Positions 11,318 through 24,309 of a stretch of DNA of 64,000 nucleotides are shown in pieces; the first letter of the stretch is position 1; the number at the start of each line of letters is the position of its first letter. The notes beneath the pieces were generated by a model that did not search any database, was not told the DNA's origin, and saw only the letters and a list, made by a program, of their open reading frames with translations. The stretch spans positions 108,934,001 through 108,998,000 of the forward strand of contig NC_043002.1 in NCBI RefSeq assembly GCF_006345805.1, read 5' to 3'. This DNA is from Octopus sinensis. Its lineage: Eukaryota. The translations under genes were made by a program, and so were the position numbers.

Positions 11318-11692
11318 CTAGAACAAGATGAGACAATTATTAAATGATCAAGTCAGTTTTACTAAGACCCAGATAAAAACCATAGGCTATACCATCCTGA
11401 TCAAGATGCTTATCCACTGGGGAAGATATGGCCTGATATGGAATAAAGCAAAATTGAAATAAAGGTCTTCTATTGTAACGATTGCCCAGCAATGACGGGG
11501 TACTTAACTAGTTTTAAATAAATAACTCATCAGGTCCATTCATAACTGCAAGAATCTAAGCAATAATGTATCTGTTCAGTCTTAATATTTTATTCTTTGG
11601 ATTCTCACTGTTCTGCTTACACCTCATGATTATTTGCAATCTGGCAGACATCTGCATGCATCAGCAAATAATTTGTTTGCCGATCTCCATAT

Positions 11693-11911
11693 CCCTTTAG
11701 TATTTAAACCGGCCATATCCGGCCAAAATATTTAATCTGTTTTATGTTCAAACTGACCAGATCCAGGCTCTCACACCTACCCTACAATGTTATTCTACAT
11801 TAAGTAATTACACCATCAAGATCTTGAAGATATGAGATAATGCATAATTAATTCAAATCAATGTGAATCAATAAGCATTATGTTCGATAGAATAATCTGA
11901 ACACTAAAGGG
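11693..11911. mobile_element. piggyBac-like MITE, second family
   Basis: CCCTTTAGT...ACTAAAGGG|TTAA. Homologous to 62466-62858. Confidence 0.8.
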
Positions 11912-12561
11912 TTAAACAAGAGCCTGTCCCCTTGTTAGATTCATTGATCTGCGGGTAGAATTTATTGAAGAGACATACAATGAAGTTGAAACATTGCAGT
12001 GTCTCAAAGGCCCCTTACATCAATGAATCTGGTACATTGTGAACTCACATCATCTCTATTCTACAAAGACAAAATACAACAGTGATTCATATATTTATAT
12101 TCAAATTTGCTGGAACATATTAAGAATGAAATAGATATGACAGTGTTCTGATTTTCACATTTCTGCAAGCATGTGACAATTATCATCAGTTTGGCAGACA
12201 TCTGCATATGTCATCAAATAATTTGTTTGCTGTTGTCTATAAACAAGAGCCACTACCCTCATTTAGTATCACTGACCTGGAAACAGCTTGAACTGAAGAC
12301 ACATACAACCGGGTCAACATTCAACAGAGTCTCAAAGTCTTCTTGTGTTAATGAATCACATGTGTTAAGAAGTGATGTCATCTAAAGACAGGAGACGTTC
12401 TCCAAACACAAAATCCAACAACATGCAATTAGTATATTCATGTTCAGATCTGCAAGAACGTATTAAGAATGAATAGATGTGTCGTTATCAGAAATGTTTC
12501 GGGATAATTGCAAGAAAATAATTAACCCTTTGGTATTCAGAGAACTCTGGTAAATGCAATT

Positions 12562-12959
12562 TCTTTTATTCTTTTACTTGTTTCAGTCATTTCACTGCGG
12601 CCATGCTGGAGCACTGCCTTTAGTCGGACAAATCGACCCCAGGACTTATTCTTTGTAAGCATAGTAATTTATTCTATCGGACCCTTTTTGCTGGACTGCT
12701 AAGCAATGTGGACGTGAACACACTAACATCGGTTGTCAAGTGATGGTAGGGGGTACAAACACATACACACACACACACATATATATACACATACGATGGG
12801 TTTCTTTCAGTTTCCATCTTCCAAATTCACTCCTAAGGGTTTGGTCGGCCCGAGAATGTAGTGGAAGACACTTGGTAAAGGTGCCACACAGTGGGATTGA
12901 ACCTGGAACCACGTGGTTAGGAAGTAAGCTTCTTACCACAGAGCCACTCCGGCACCTAT
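12562..12959 (-). mobile_element. SINE family A, full length
   Basis: Head to tail homology. Confidence 0.88.
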
Positions 12960-13023
12960 TATATATTTATTTATACAAACATACAAATATCTACCTATAC
13001 ATACATACACACATATATATATG

Positions 13024-13060
<37 letters not shown>

Positions 13061-13759
13061 ATAATTCTTTCCTTCTTTCTATGAGCCCTTTCATGCTTAC
13101 TTTGTTCATTCCACTCTTCGGTCTTTCGTTTCCCCTCTCTCACATTTCCTTACCTTCTCTTCATGCTCACTTTCCCTCCACTTTTCACTTCACTGTGTCC
13201 CTGTCATTTTTTCTTGCCCCTCCTTATTTCTTCTGTCCCTCTGCTTCTACCTCTCTCTCTTCTTTCCCCACGGCCAAGCCTGACCTTTTTTTCTTGGTTC
13301 AGCCACTGTCTATACAACATCTATATTCCTCCCTGTGCCTTTGAAATCTTGTATCCCTGCTGTAAGGCTTTACTTCCACACATGCCAGCTTAATTTAATT
13401 CGTCCTTAGTCGAAAAACACCTGTTATTATGTCCTGTTATTTGTATTTGTGTAACATTCTCAGTTTTTTTTCTGTCCTTGTTTTCGTATACATTCGCTGC
13501 TTTCTTCCAAGGAATCTAAAGCTCTTAGCTTAGTTTTTCCTTGGGGCTGGCTAGATTGGAGCAATCTGGAGTATGACCAGCTGAAATTGCCAAGATAATC
13601 TGGAACTTGACTGAGGAAAGAAAACTTTGAATGACCCGTCCTTGTTTTCTTTGTACTGTCTACTTGGATGTTTTGCGTTCTTGTCTCATTTTGTATTTTT
13701 TATATATAAAACATATAGCAGCATACATACACTTTGGTCTCTTATATAAATATATATAA

Positions 13760-13812
<53 letters not shown>

Positions 13813-13993
13813 AAAATGTTTATTTATACTGTTTTTAGAGATTTCAACAAAGTGATTGTTTAGCTTTAGAATGACATTGTAGGGATGAGAGGCCATACCT
13901 GGCCAGTTTCAACATAGAACAGGCTAACCATTTCAGCCAGATACAGCCGGTTTGAATGCTAAAGTTAACAGATGGCTGCATTAAAATACTTAC

Positions 13994-14097
13994 AATGAGA
14001 CTTGTTGGTGTATCTTTCCGATTCTCATTTTTGTTCTTGAATCGTTCATCCAAAAATCTGGCACTAGATGGTCTTTTTTCATCAGGAATATGGAGCT
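13994..14097 (-). CDS. DZANK1: DZANK1 coding exon 5 (KLHIPDEKRPSSARFLDERFKNKNENRKDTPTSLI)
   Basis: Acceptor TATTCTCAG, donor GTAAGT. 104 bp, phase 1 to 0, keeps the frame. Confidence 0.8.
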
Positions 14098-14184
14098 CTG
14101 AGAATACAGAAACACAATATTTGGATTTTAGAACATTCTGACAAATTACTAAAAGCAGAAGTACTTAACTCCTCTGTGTGTTAG

Positions 14185-14445
14185 CACTATAGTGCATGGC
14201 CCTATAGAGGTTAGTGTTGCACTCATGATCATAAAATTTCAGTTTCAAATCCCAGACCTGGTGGCGCATTGCGTTTTTGAGCAAAACCCTTCATTTTATG
14301 TTTCTTCAGGCCTCTCAGCTGAGTTCCAGCAATACCTGGGAAGTTAACTCTGTGATGGACTGGCATCCTGTCCAGTGGGAAGTATTGTAATCTCAGTTAC
14401 TTATACAACATGAAAACTGGGATAAACTCTGACCTTATGAGACCC
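14185..14445 (+). mobile_element. tRNA-derived SINE, family D (second copy at about 10460-10660, minus)
   Basis: A/B-box-like head and a GATGGACTGGCATCCTGTCCAG block. Confidence 0.65.
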
Positions 14446-14989
14446 AGGGGTCATAACAAACCTAAGTCGCTTTATCGGTCCCAGGAGTCACAACAAGCCT
14501 AAGTCAAAGTTAATATCACAATGGAACAAGAATCATTAAAAGTTTTTTATCTCCCCCCCCCCAGTTGTAAAATATTGATTAACCTATTGATTAACTCAAC
14601 ATTTTTTTGTGTTAGAAAATTTGGGGGACAGAATGGCAAGATGATGTGACTTGTCCAACTCATGCCAGCAGAGAAACAAATGAATATAAAATGATGATGA
14701 TCCCAATGACTCCAACCATGACCATCCGGTCTTTCTAGTGGTATCAAGGACTACATTATTCATTGTGTTCTTCATTGTTTAAGAATGTGGGGTTCCATTT
14801 AAATGTGATTTGTCTGCTATTTCTAGCAGACTGAACGACCATGAAGTGGCAAACTCAAGTTCTTTCATTGACTGTCCTTACTGCATCTGTCACTCAGTAT
14901 TACTGCTGCTGTTGCCGGGGAAAACAGAATATTAAAACCAGTGGTATAAAATAAGAAAACAAACATAGTTGGTTGCAGTCAATGATATG

Positions 14990-15107
14990 ACTTATGGCCA
15001 TATCACGTTGAAAGCACCGGTTCTCGTCCAATCACCGAAGTTAAGCAACATCGAGCCTAGTTGGTACTTAGATGGGTGACCGCTTGGAAAACCCAAGGGC
15101 TGTAAAC
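14990..15107 (+). rRNA. Solitary 5S rRNA copy, probably a pseudogene
   Basis: GGCCATATCACGTTGAAAGCACCGGTTCTCGTCC..TCACCGAAGTTAAGCAAC...GATGGGTGACCGC is recognisable mollusc-type 5S. It has CpG-type transitions, mismatched helix I ends and no T4 terminator. Confidence 0.9.
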
Positions 15108-15118
15108 GTCTTTCTATC

Positions 15119-15441
15119 CAGGCGTAGGAGTGGCTGTGTGGTAAGTAGCTTGCTCACAAACCACATGGTCCCAGGTTCAGTCCCACTGCATAGCACCTTG
15201 GGCAAGTGTCTTCTACTCTAGCCTTGGCCCGACCAAAGCCTTGTGAGTGGATTTGGTAGGCGGAAACTGAAAGAAGCCCGTTGTATATCATCATCATCAT
15301 CATTATTTAACGCCCGCTTTCCATGCTAGCATGGGTTGGACGATTTGACTGAGGTCTGGCGAACCAGACTCCAATCTGATCTGGCAGAGTTTCTACAGCT
15401 GGATGCCCTTCCTAACGCCAAAATATATGTATATATATCTG

Positions 15442-15480
<39 letters not shown>

Positions 15481-15712
15481 ATATGTATGTGTATATGTTT
15501 GTGTGTCTGTGTTTGTCCCTCCAACATCGCTTGACAACCAATGCTGGTGTGTTTACGTCCCCCGTAACTTAGCAGTTCAGCAAAAGAGACCGATAGAATA
15601 AGTACTGGGCTTACAAAGAATAAGTCCTGGGGGTCGATATGCTCGACTAAAAAGGGCAGTGCTCCAGCATGGCCGCAGTCAAATGACTGAAACAAGTAAA
15701 AGAGCAAAAGAG
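15119..15712 (+). mobile_element. SINE family A with an RTE tail (15289-15420, minus) inserted in its internal microsatellite
   Basis: Both SINE halves are collinear around a (CAT)n-led insert. Confidence 0.88.
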
Positions 15713-15733
15713 AATGAACGAAGATAAACTTAC

Positions 15734-15830
15734 TGGACATTAAAAACGTGGCATCATTTGGTGATGGACTTGTGGCCCAAGCAGGTTTTAGTACCATTTG
15801 GAAATTTTTCATGGACCGCTTCTTCTCTAA
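15734..15830 (-). CDS. DZANK1: DZANK1 coding exon 4 (LEKKRSMKNFQMVLKPAWATSPSPNDATFLMS)
   Basis: Unique sequence between repeats. Acceptor TTTCTGTAG, donor GTAAGT. 97 bp, phase 0 to 1, keeps the frame. Poorly conserved linker, so supported by splice sites and phase rather than homology. Confidence 0.78.
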
Positions 15831-16039
15831 CTACAGAAACATAAACACCAATTTAATGAGATTTGTGGGAAAAAAATAATTGTAAGTAAAATTAAGAGTT
15901 GAGTTAATTACTGAACTAATTGATTATTCAATACTATCAAGTAATTTATTATTTTCGCTCATTCTGTAATGTTTGTTGCTTTGTAGGAAATATAAGAATA
16001 AGTTTGGCAAATTCAGACTTTTGTTGTTCATGATTCGTA

Positions 16040-16585
16040 CAGAGGAAGAGAGGAAGGAAGGAAAGAAGGAAAGGAGGGACGGACAGACGGACGGACGGAC
16101 GAAGAAAGGATAGGGAGGGAGGAAGAGAGGCAGGGAGGAAGGAAGGAAAGGAGGGACGGACAGACGGACGGACGGACGAAGAAAGGAAGGAAGGGAGGAT
16201 AGGGAGGGAGGAAGAGAGGCAGGGAGGAAGGAAGGAAGGAAAGGAGGGACGGACAGACGGATGGACAAAGAAAGGAAGGAAGGGAGGATAGGGAGGGAGG
16301 AAGATAGGCAGGGAGGAAGAGAGGGAGGAGGAAAGAAGGAAAGGAGGGATGGCCGGACAAAGAAAGGAAGGAAGGGAGGGAGGATAGGGAGGGAGGAAGA
16401 GAGGGGGGAGGAAGGAAGGAAAGAAGGGACAGCCGGCCAGACGGACAAAGGAAGGAAGGAATGGAGGTGGGAAGGGAGGAAAGAAGGAAGGAAGGAAGGA
16501 AGGAAGGAAGGAAGCAGGAAGGAAAAGGAAAGAGAAAGAAAGAACGGAAGAATGAAAAAGAGAAAAAGAAAAAGAGGGAGAGTGA
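16040..16585. repeat. Polypurine (GGAA/GGAG/GGAC)n tract with a higher-order repeat
   Basis: Almost pyrimidine-free plus strand with a recurring GGAAAGGAGGGACGGACAGACGG unit. Confidence 0.95.
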
Positions 16586-16719
16586 GAGGAATCAAAACAT
16601 TTTGTTTTGATGCTCTACCAATTCTGCAAATCTCACACTTAATTCCTTCATTTATTGACGACTGATCACAAAAATAAAAAAAACAAAAAAACAAAAAAAA
16701 AAAAAAACCCCCGCCTCAC

Positions 16720-16849
16720 TTTTGCTTTCTCTTCAGCCACTTCTTCCTGAAAGTCGAGGCCATCGTTGTTGGCAGGAAGCGATTCAGTTGCAGGGACATA
16801 TTCCACATCAAATGTTTTGGTGACAATATTACTTTCTTTAACTCCATCT
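16720..16849 (-). CDS. DZANK1: DZANK1 coding exon 3 (DGVKESNIVTKTFDVEYVP...EEKAK)
   Basis: SNIVTKTFDVEY corresponds to SGIVTKVFHVDY. Acceptor TTTCTAG, donor GTGAGG. 130 bp, phase 2 to 0. Confidence 0.92.
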
Positions 16850-16970
16850 CTAGAAATACAACAAGAATATACATGTGACTAAGTGTCACTAGCTCATCAT
16901 TTTGATTCTAAATCTGCAAAATCAAGGCTGCTCTGGTGTTTAAAGAACTACAGAAAACTTTGAGACTTAC

Positions 16971-17127
16971 TTTGACACAGCCACGGCTTTAAGGGTCACT
17001 TTGCCGGCAGGAAGAGGGAATGGGCCCTTATAGGTGAGCGTGCAAAACTCCGGTGTCCTTTTTAGAGGAAAAGCTTCAGGTTTTGTCCCATTTAATGTGT
17101 AAAAGATATCAACTTCTGAATTTCCAC
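16971..17127 (-). CDS. DZANK1: DZANK1 coding exon 2 (SGNSEVDIFYTLNGTKPEAFPLKRTPEFCTLTYKGPFPLPAGKVTLKAVAVSK; Fn3-like/CHB_HEX_C-type domain)
   Basis: IFYTLNGTKP corresponds to IYYTLDGSKP. Acceptor TAAAG, donor GTAAGT. 157 bp, phase 1 to 2, consistent with neighbouring exons. Confidence 0.93.
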
Positions 17128-17243
17128 CTTTAAAATAGAGAACAAAAAAGAATTAACTTTAAATGCTTGTATTATTGAATCACAAGTACTCATTCCTGTA
17201 CACACACATACATGAACACATATATATATATATTATATATAAT

Positions 17244-17278
<35 letters not shown>

Positions 17279-17410
17279 TATAAGTAGTTGAATGAATTAT
17301 CCTAGTATGGATAATTCGGTTAACCAATACCTGGGTAGCAAAATTCACGTCAGAAACATATGTCGAGAATAAAGGAATTTTGTTAAATCATCATTCAACT
17401 CCATTCTTTC

Positions 17411-17447
<37 letters not shown>

Positions 17448-17450
<3 letters not shown>

Positions 17451-19440
17451 TCATCATCATCATCATCGTTTAGCGTCCGCTTTCCATGCTAGCATGGGTT
17501 GGACGGTTCTACTGGGGTCTGTGAAGCCAGAAGGCTTCATCAGGCCCAGTCAAATCTGGCAGTGTTTCTATCTACGGCTGGATGCCCTTCCTAATGCCAA
17601 CCACTCCGTGAGTGTAGTGGGTGCTTTTTTACGTGCCACCCGCACTGGTGCCAGACAGAGCTGGCAAACGGCCACGAACGGATGGTGCTTTTTATGTGCC
17701 ACCAACACGAGGGCCAGGCGAGGCTGGCAACGGACATGAAACGGGCGGTGCTGGCAATGGTCGCGAAACGGAAGGTTCTCTTACATGCCACCGGCACTGG
17801 TAACACATCTCATGCAATTTCCATTGATCGATTTCCATTGATCGATTTCGATTCTGATCCTCACTTGCCTCAACGGGTCTTCACAAGTAGAGTTTCGACA
17901 TGCCACCGGCACTGGTACACATCCCGCAATTTCCATTGATCGATTTCGATTCTGATCCTCACTTGCCTCAACACGTCTTCACAAGTAGAGTTTTGTGTCC
18001 CAAGAAGGAAGTATGCATACGTAGGCTGGCTCCATCCCATGTAGAAGGCCACGGGTTATGGACTCACTTGTCCTGCCAGGTCTTCTCGTGCACAGCACAC
18101 TTCCAGAGGCCTCGTTCTCTAGTCATTTCCTCAGTGAGACCTAAAGTTCGAAGGTCGTGCTTCACCACCTCGTCCCAGGTTTTCCTGGTCTGCCTCTTCC
18201 ACAGGTTCCCTCAACTGCTAGGGTGTGGCACTTTTTCACACAACTATCTTCATCCATTCTCGCCACATGACCATACCAGCGCAAACGTCTCTCTCTTGCA
18301 CACCACAACTGATGCTTCTTAGGTCCAGCTTTTCTCTCAAGGTACTTACACTCTGCCGAGTGTGAGTACCGACTTACACATCCATCGGAGCATACTGGCT
18401 TCATTTCTTGCGAGCTTACGCATATCCTCAGCAGTCACGGCCATGTTTCACTGCCATGTAGCATTGCTGTTCGTAACACACGCATCATACAGTCTGCTTT
18501 TCACTCTGTGTGAGAGGCCTTTTGTCACCAGCAGAGGTAAGAGCTCTCTGAACTTTGCCCAAGCTATTCTTACTCTAGCAGTTACACTTTCAGCAACACC
18601 CGCCCCCGCTGCTGACTTGGTCACCTAGGTAACGGAAACTATCAACTATTTCTAGTTTTTCTCCCTGGAAAGTGACGCAATTGGGTCTCAGAGCATTTTC
18701 AGTGTTTATTGTTCCTGAGCATCTGCCACAAAAAACCATCTTCCTAGTTATCCTTCCTTTGACATTGCTGCATCTCTTATGTGTCCATAGCTTACACTTG
18801 GTGCATCTTATAGAGTTTCTACCTACACACCTTTTCTACAGATCGAGCAGGGCCATCTACCTGAAGGCGTTTGTGATTTGTCTACCTTCCTACTGATTAC
18901 GACTTTGGTTTTAGCTAGATTGACTCTGAGGCCCTTCGATTCTAATCCTTGTTTCCACACCTGAAACTTCTCCTCCAGTTCTGATAGCGACTCAGCAATT
19001 AGAGCAAGGTCATCAGCAATAGAGGAGCTCCCAAGGGCATCCTGTCTTGAATTCCTCCGTTATTGCCTGGAGGACTATGATAAATAGGAGGGGGCTGATA
19101 CTGAGCCTTGTGGACCCCTACCTCTACCCGGAATTCTTCACTGTACTCATTTCCAACCCTCACCCTACTAGCAGCGTCCCTATACATGGCCCGCACAGCT
19201 CTCACTAACCATTCATCTATCCCTAGTTTCCTCATTGGGCCCACCAGATAAGGGATCGGGGGACCCTGTCGAAGGCTTTCTCCATGTCAACAAAAGCAGG
19301 TACAGGGGCTTACTTTGGCTAGGTATTTCTCCTGCAGCTGCCTTACCAGGAATATAGCATCAGTAGTACTTTTCCCTGGCACAAACCAAACTGCATCTCA
19401 TCTAAACTAACTCTCTCTCTAATTAGTTGGGCTATGACCC
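17448..19440 (-). mobile_element. RTE LINE 3' fragment (degenerate RT, zinc-finger insert, 3' UTR with (GAT)n tail)
   Basis: Minus frames give RERRLRWYGHVARMDEDSCVKKC..GRGRP and KLGIDEWLVRAVRAMYRDA. (CAT)n at 17448. Flanked by (TA)n on both sides. Confidence 0.9.
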
Positions 19441-19503
<63 letters not shown>

Positions 19504-20684
19504 ATACATATATTATATATATAATACATATATATATAATATATAGATATACATATATATATATATATATATAATACATATATATATATCTATATATAAT
19601 ACATATATATATATATTATAATAATATATATATATCATATATATACATATATATATATATATATTCATACCTATATATATATATATCTATTACATATATA
19701 TATATATATATATACCTAATATATATATACTATATATAATACATATATATATATATATATAATACATATATTATATATAATACATATATATATATATATA
19801 ATACATATATATACTATATATAGTATATATATAAATTACTATATATATATAATATATATAATACACATATATATATATATATTATATAATACACATATAT
19901 ATCTAAATATATAATAATAGATATCTATATATATATATATATATATAAATATAACATATATATATATATAATACACATAATATCTATATTCTATATAATA
20001 CATCTATATATATATATATACTCATACATATATATATATATATAATGATATAATCATACAGATATATATATATAATATAGTATTATATGATACATATATA
20101 TATATTATATATAATATATATATTAATACATATATATATATAATATACTATCTAATATATAATACATATTATATATATATATATAGTATATATACTATAA
20201 TACATATATATCTATATATATAATACAATATATATTATATAACATATATATAATATATATAGATACATATTATATATATACATATATATAATATATATAT
20301 AATACTATATATATATATATATATATATAGTATAATATCATATATATATATATATATATATATACAATATCGATATATATATATATATATATATATTATA
20401 TAATACATATATATATATCTTTAATATATATAATACATATATATCTATATAATAATTATATATATATAAATACATATCTATATATTATAATATATTATAG
20501 TAATATAATAGCATATATATATATTATATATAATTATATATAATAACATATATATATATATATATATATATAGTAACTACCTATATATTATATATATATT
20601 ATATATATATATATAATAGATATATATATATATATTATATATATATAATACATATATATATATATATACTAATATATATATCAT

Positions 20685-20754
<70 letters not shown>

Positions 20755-20780
20755 CATATTATTATATATATATTCTATAT
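19441..20780. repeat. Degenerate (TA)n microsatellite of about 1.3 kb
   Basis: Directly visible. Confidence 0.97.
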
Positions 20781-20800
20781 AATCATCATCATCATCATCG

Positions 20801-21186
20801 GGAGGTGCAATGGCCCAGTGGTTAGGGCAGGCAGCAGACTCACGGTCATAGCATCGCAGTTTCGATTCCCAGACCAGGTGTTGTGAGTGTTTATTGAGCG
20901 AAAACACCTAAAGCTCCATGAGGTTCTGGCAGGGGGTGGTAGCGAACCCTGCTGTACTCTTTCACCACAACTTTCTCTCACTCTTTCTTCCTGTTTCCGT
21001 TGTACTTGTATGTCAAAGGGGCCAGCCTCGTCACATGCTGTGTCACGCTGAATCTCCCCCAAGAACTATGTTAAGGGTACACATGTCTGTGGAGCGCTCA
21101 GCCACTTGCACGTTAATTTCACGAGGAAGCTGTTTCGTTGATTGGATCAACTGGAACCCTCGTCGTCATAACCAATGGAGTGCCAC
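20801..21186 (+). mobile_element. tRNA-derived SINE, family C
   Basis: GGAGGTGCAATGGCCCAGTGG...GTTTCGATTCCC head. Second copy at 49677-49972. Confidence 0.82.
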
Positions 21187-21904
21187 GATATCATCATTAT
21201 CATTTAATGTCCCATGCTGATAGTTTGACAAGATCTGCAGGGCCCAAAGTCTGCATCAATCTCCAGTGTCTGTTTTCACATGGCTTCTGCAGCTAGTTGA
21301 CATTCCTAATGCCAACCTCTTTACAGCATGTAATGAAGGGTTTTGTTTTGTTTTTTTTTCCAAGCCTCCAACACTAATGATGGCACCACGCAGCTTTCAA
21401 CACTATGAACCCTCAGGAAGCAACTTGATGCTAGGAGATGAGTATGAAAGAAGGGGTTGCAGAACAGAACAAATAGAGAACCTACATGGCCAGTTCCATT
21501 TTAGGAGAGAGGGTGGGAGTGACCGAGTGAAGCTAATGATGAGGTGACAGGGTGGATCTTGAAAGTATGAGGTGAATATGAATGAATGAGGCAGAGTGAC
21601 CACAGCAGAAGACAAAAGGAAAGTGAAAGAAGGATGATGTTGAGTAGGTTGCAAGGCTAGGTAGGGAAGAAAGAGGCAGGGGTAGTTTATGAGGAGGGTG
21701 AGAAATACATAGTGTGGGAGGAGAAATATTTGGTGGTTCAATGAGAGCGGGGGAGGGGGGCAGATCAAAGAAAGTGATTCTGGGTAGTAAGAAAAATGGT
21801 ATCAAGGAAGAACTGCAGCTGAGGAGGTGTAGGGGAGGGGGGAGTCTTGAGAGAAAAGGGAAGTAGGCAAAGAGCCTTCTTATGCATACACATACACACA
21901 CAAC

Positions 21905-23050
21905 TCTACCAGAACCCAGTTTTGCAGAGGTGAGTGGGTCTTCTTGAGAACCAGATATCCTGGTCCTTTCTCATCAACTCAAGGAATTGAGATTAGCCTC
22001 CACCCCTTTGCCCATGTCTTCTTGGGTCTCCTTCCTCCACAAAATCCATCCAAATTTAGTGACCAGCACTTCTTTATACAACTCGCCTCATCAATATACA
22101 TGTTCATACCACTGCAGTCTTCTTTCTTGAATGCCACATCAGATTCCTTTTATGTCCAGTTCTTCTCCCAGCTCATTTACACTCTGTCATTTATATACTT
22201 ATACTGCACATCCAATGGAGCATGCTTGTTTCACTTTCTTTCTTTTTTTTGTTCTTTTCCAGTTTCCTCAAGTCCTCAGCAATTAAGGCCCATGTCTCAC
22301 TATCGTGCAGCATTGCAATTCTAAGAAAAGCATCATACAACCGGCTCTTCACTCCAAGGGAGAAGACCTTTGTTGTCAGCAGAAGACCTTTGTTGTAGCT
22401 CCCTCAACTTTCTCCAACCCATTCTTTCTCTAGCTACTGTACTTTCGGGGTGACCATCTTCCAAGCTAATTACATCTCCACTTCTTGTGAGCCATTGGGG
22501 CATTTAAGAGAGTCTGTTTCTGGGCTGCTCATAGTATGTACTACCCCAATGCATCTATCACATAAGAATCTTATATTCACTGATAGGGACTCCACAACGT
22601 CTCTTGCATGTTCATAGCTTACATAAGGTACAGCATGCGGAATTTGTACCTAGTCCTTTTCTGCATATTGAACAAGGCCATTTCCCAGAAGGTATCAGGG
22701 TCCTGCCTTCTTTCTTACTAAAACCTTTGTGCTTGCTAGCATTACCTTTAGACTTCTCAATACTATCCCTGCAACATCAGTTTACAATGATACTGCTATG
22801 CTAGATTTGATTAACTATACAGGTGGTAATCATCTTGATTAACTATCCAGGTGATAATCATCTTGATTAACTATCCAGGTGGTAATCATCTTGATTAAAT
22901 ATCCAAGTGGTAATCATCTCAACTATCCAGGTGATAATCCTGTACCCTGCTTCACCAGATATTTTGAACATCTCTGCAACTATCCCTGATAAATCCATAG
23001 CTTTCTCTCTTTTCATATCCTTGACCATTTTATCTTGTCTTGCTACTGTC
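21905..23050 (-). mobile_element. Degenerate RTE LINE RT fragment
   Basis: Minus frames give KDMKREKAMDLSGIVAEMFK, a PSGKWPCSICRKG-like zinc-finger insert and a GRLYDA..MLHDSETW-like segment. Confidence 0.75.
22807..22940. repeat. 28-bp minisatellite (about 4.5 copies) inside an RTE fragment
   Basis: TTGATTAACTATCCAGGTGGTAATCATC at 22807, 22835, 22863 and 22891. Confidence 0.92.
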
Positions 23051-23471
23051 AACTTGAATTGCTGATCTTTCTCTTGGGTCAGCATGAAGTAGCTGCAGTG
23101 AAAAGAATCATCCAACCTTTTGCCAGCAGGGAACACGGACATTAAATTATGATAAAATTGACAACAAGTGAATTTAAATTTATGCTCTTTGTGTCACACA
23201 ATTTAATGTTGTAAGTAAATATTAAGCCAAAGAGGCAGAGACATTGAGCTTGCAGCTATCAATTGTACAAGCTGTTCACTGGAATCATGTCAGGAATCAA
23301 TGAATAAGAAAAATGTTTGGGGAAAAAAAAATTTTAATAATAATAATAATCAGAAAAGGAAAGAAATAATAAACAACAAAAAAAAACCAAAAAAGTAATA
23401 AATTTCTGAGAAAGAGCAACGTCAACTTGATTGGGATTCTGTGAATAATTTACTTTGGAGTTTCAAATATT

Positions 23472-24075
23472 CATCATCATCATCGTTTAACGTCTGCTTT
23501 CCATGCTAGCATGGGTTGGACGATTTGACTGAGGTTTGGCGAACCAGATGGCTGCACCAGACTCCAATCTGATCTGGCAGAGTTTCTACAGCTGGATGCC
23601 CTTCCTAACACCAATCACTCCAAGAGTGTAGTGGGTGCTTTTTCACGTAACTCCGGCACGAGGGCCAGTCAGGCGGTACTGGCAACAGCCATGCTCAAAT
23701 GTTGCTTTTTATGAGCCACCTGCACAGGAGCCAGTCCAGCGGCACTGGTAACGACCTCGCTCGAATGTTTTTTCACATGCCACCAGCACAAGTGCTATTA
23801 AGGCGACGCAGGTAACGATCACGCTTGAATGGTGCTTTTTACGTGCCATCGGCATGGAGGCCAGTTTGTTGCTCTGGCAAAGATCACGCTCATATGGTAC
23901 TCTTAGCGCTCTACTAGCACGGATGCCAGTCATCGAATTTGATTTCGATTTTGATTTCACTTGCCTCAACAGGTCTTCACAAACAGAGTTTAGTGTCCAA
24001 TGAAGGAAAGGCACGCATAAGTGGACTGGTCACACCCCGGTGTAGGCTACAAGGTTATGGTCTCACTTGCGCTTG
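23472..24075 (-). mobile_element. RTE 3' UTR fragment
   Basis: (CAT)n, the shared tail, 66-bp-type units and the CACTTGCCTCAACAGGTCTTCAC block. Confidence 0.85.
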
Positions 24076-24309
24076 CCGAGTTTCAAATCTTTTGTGAAAA
24101 AATATTCTGATAGTATAGCTGGTCGTTGCTGTTTAACCCCAACGTGTGGATACTGGTTGCTCTCATTCACACTTTAAATTTAAATTTCTATAATTTTGAA
24201 TTTTTATCACTTCTTATTTTGAACTCGACAAAGACAGGCTCGCTGTTGAAATATCGTTCAACCAATAAAATATCTATTGCAATCACATCATGCTCGACAT
24301 CTTGTCTAT

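Noticed and set aside
13590-13650. Hammerhead-like CTGAGGA-AAG..CTTT-GAAT (also faint motifs at 757-775, 2020-2035 and 34740-34770)
   Set aside because: The GAAA core and stems are too eroded to support from sequence alone. These may be old Penelope pLTR relics.
15924-16694. 256-aa Pro/Ser/Leu-rich ORF
   Set aside because: Translation of the polypurine/polypyrimidine repeat. The real exons flank it.
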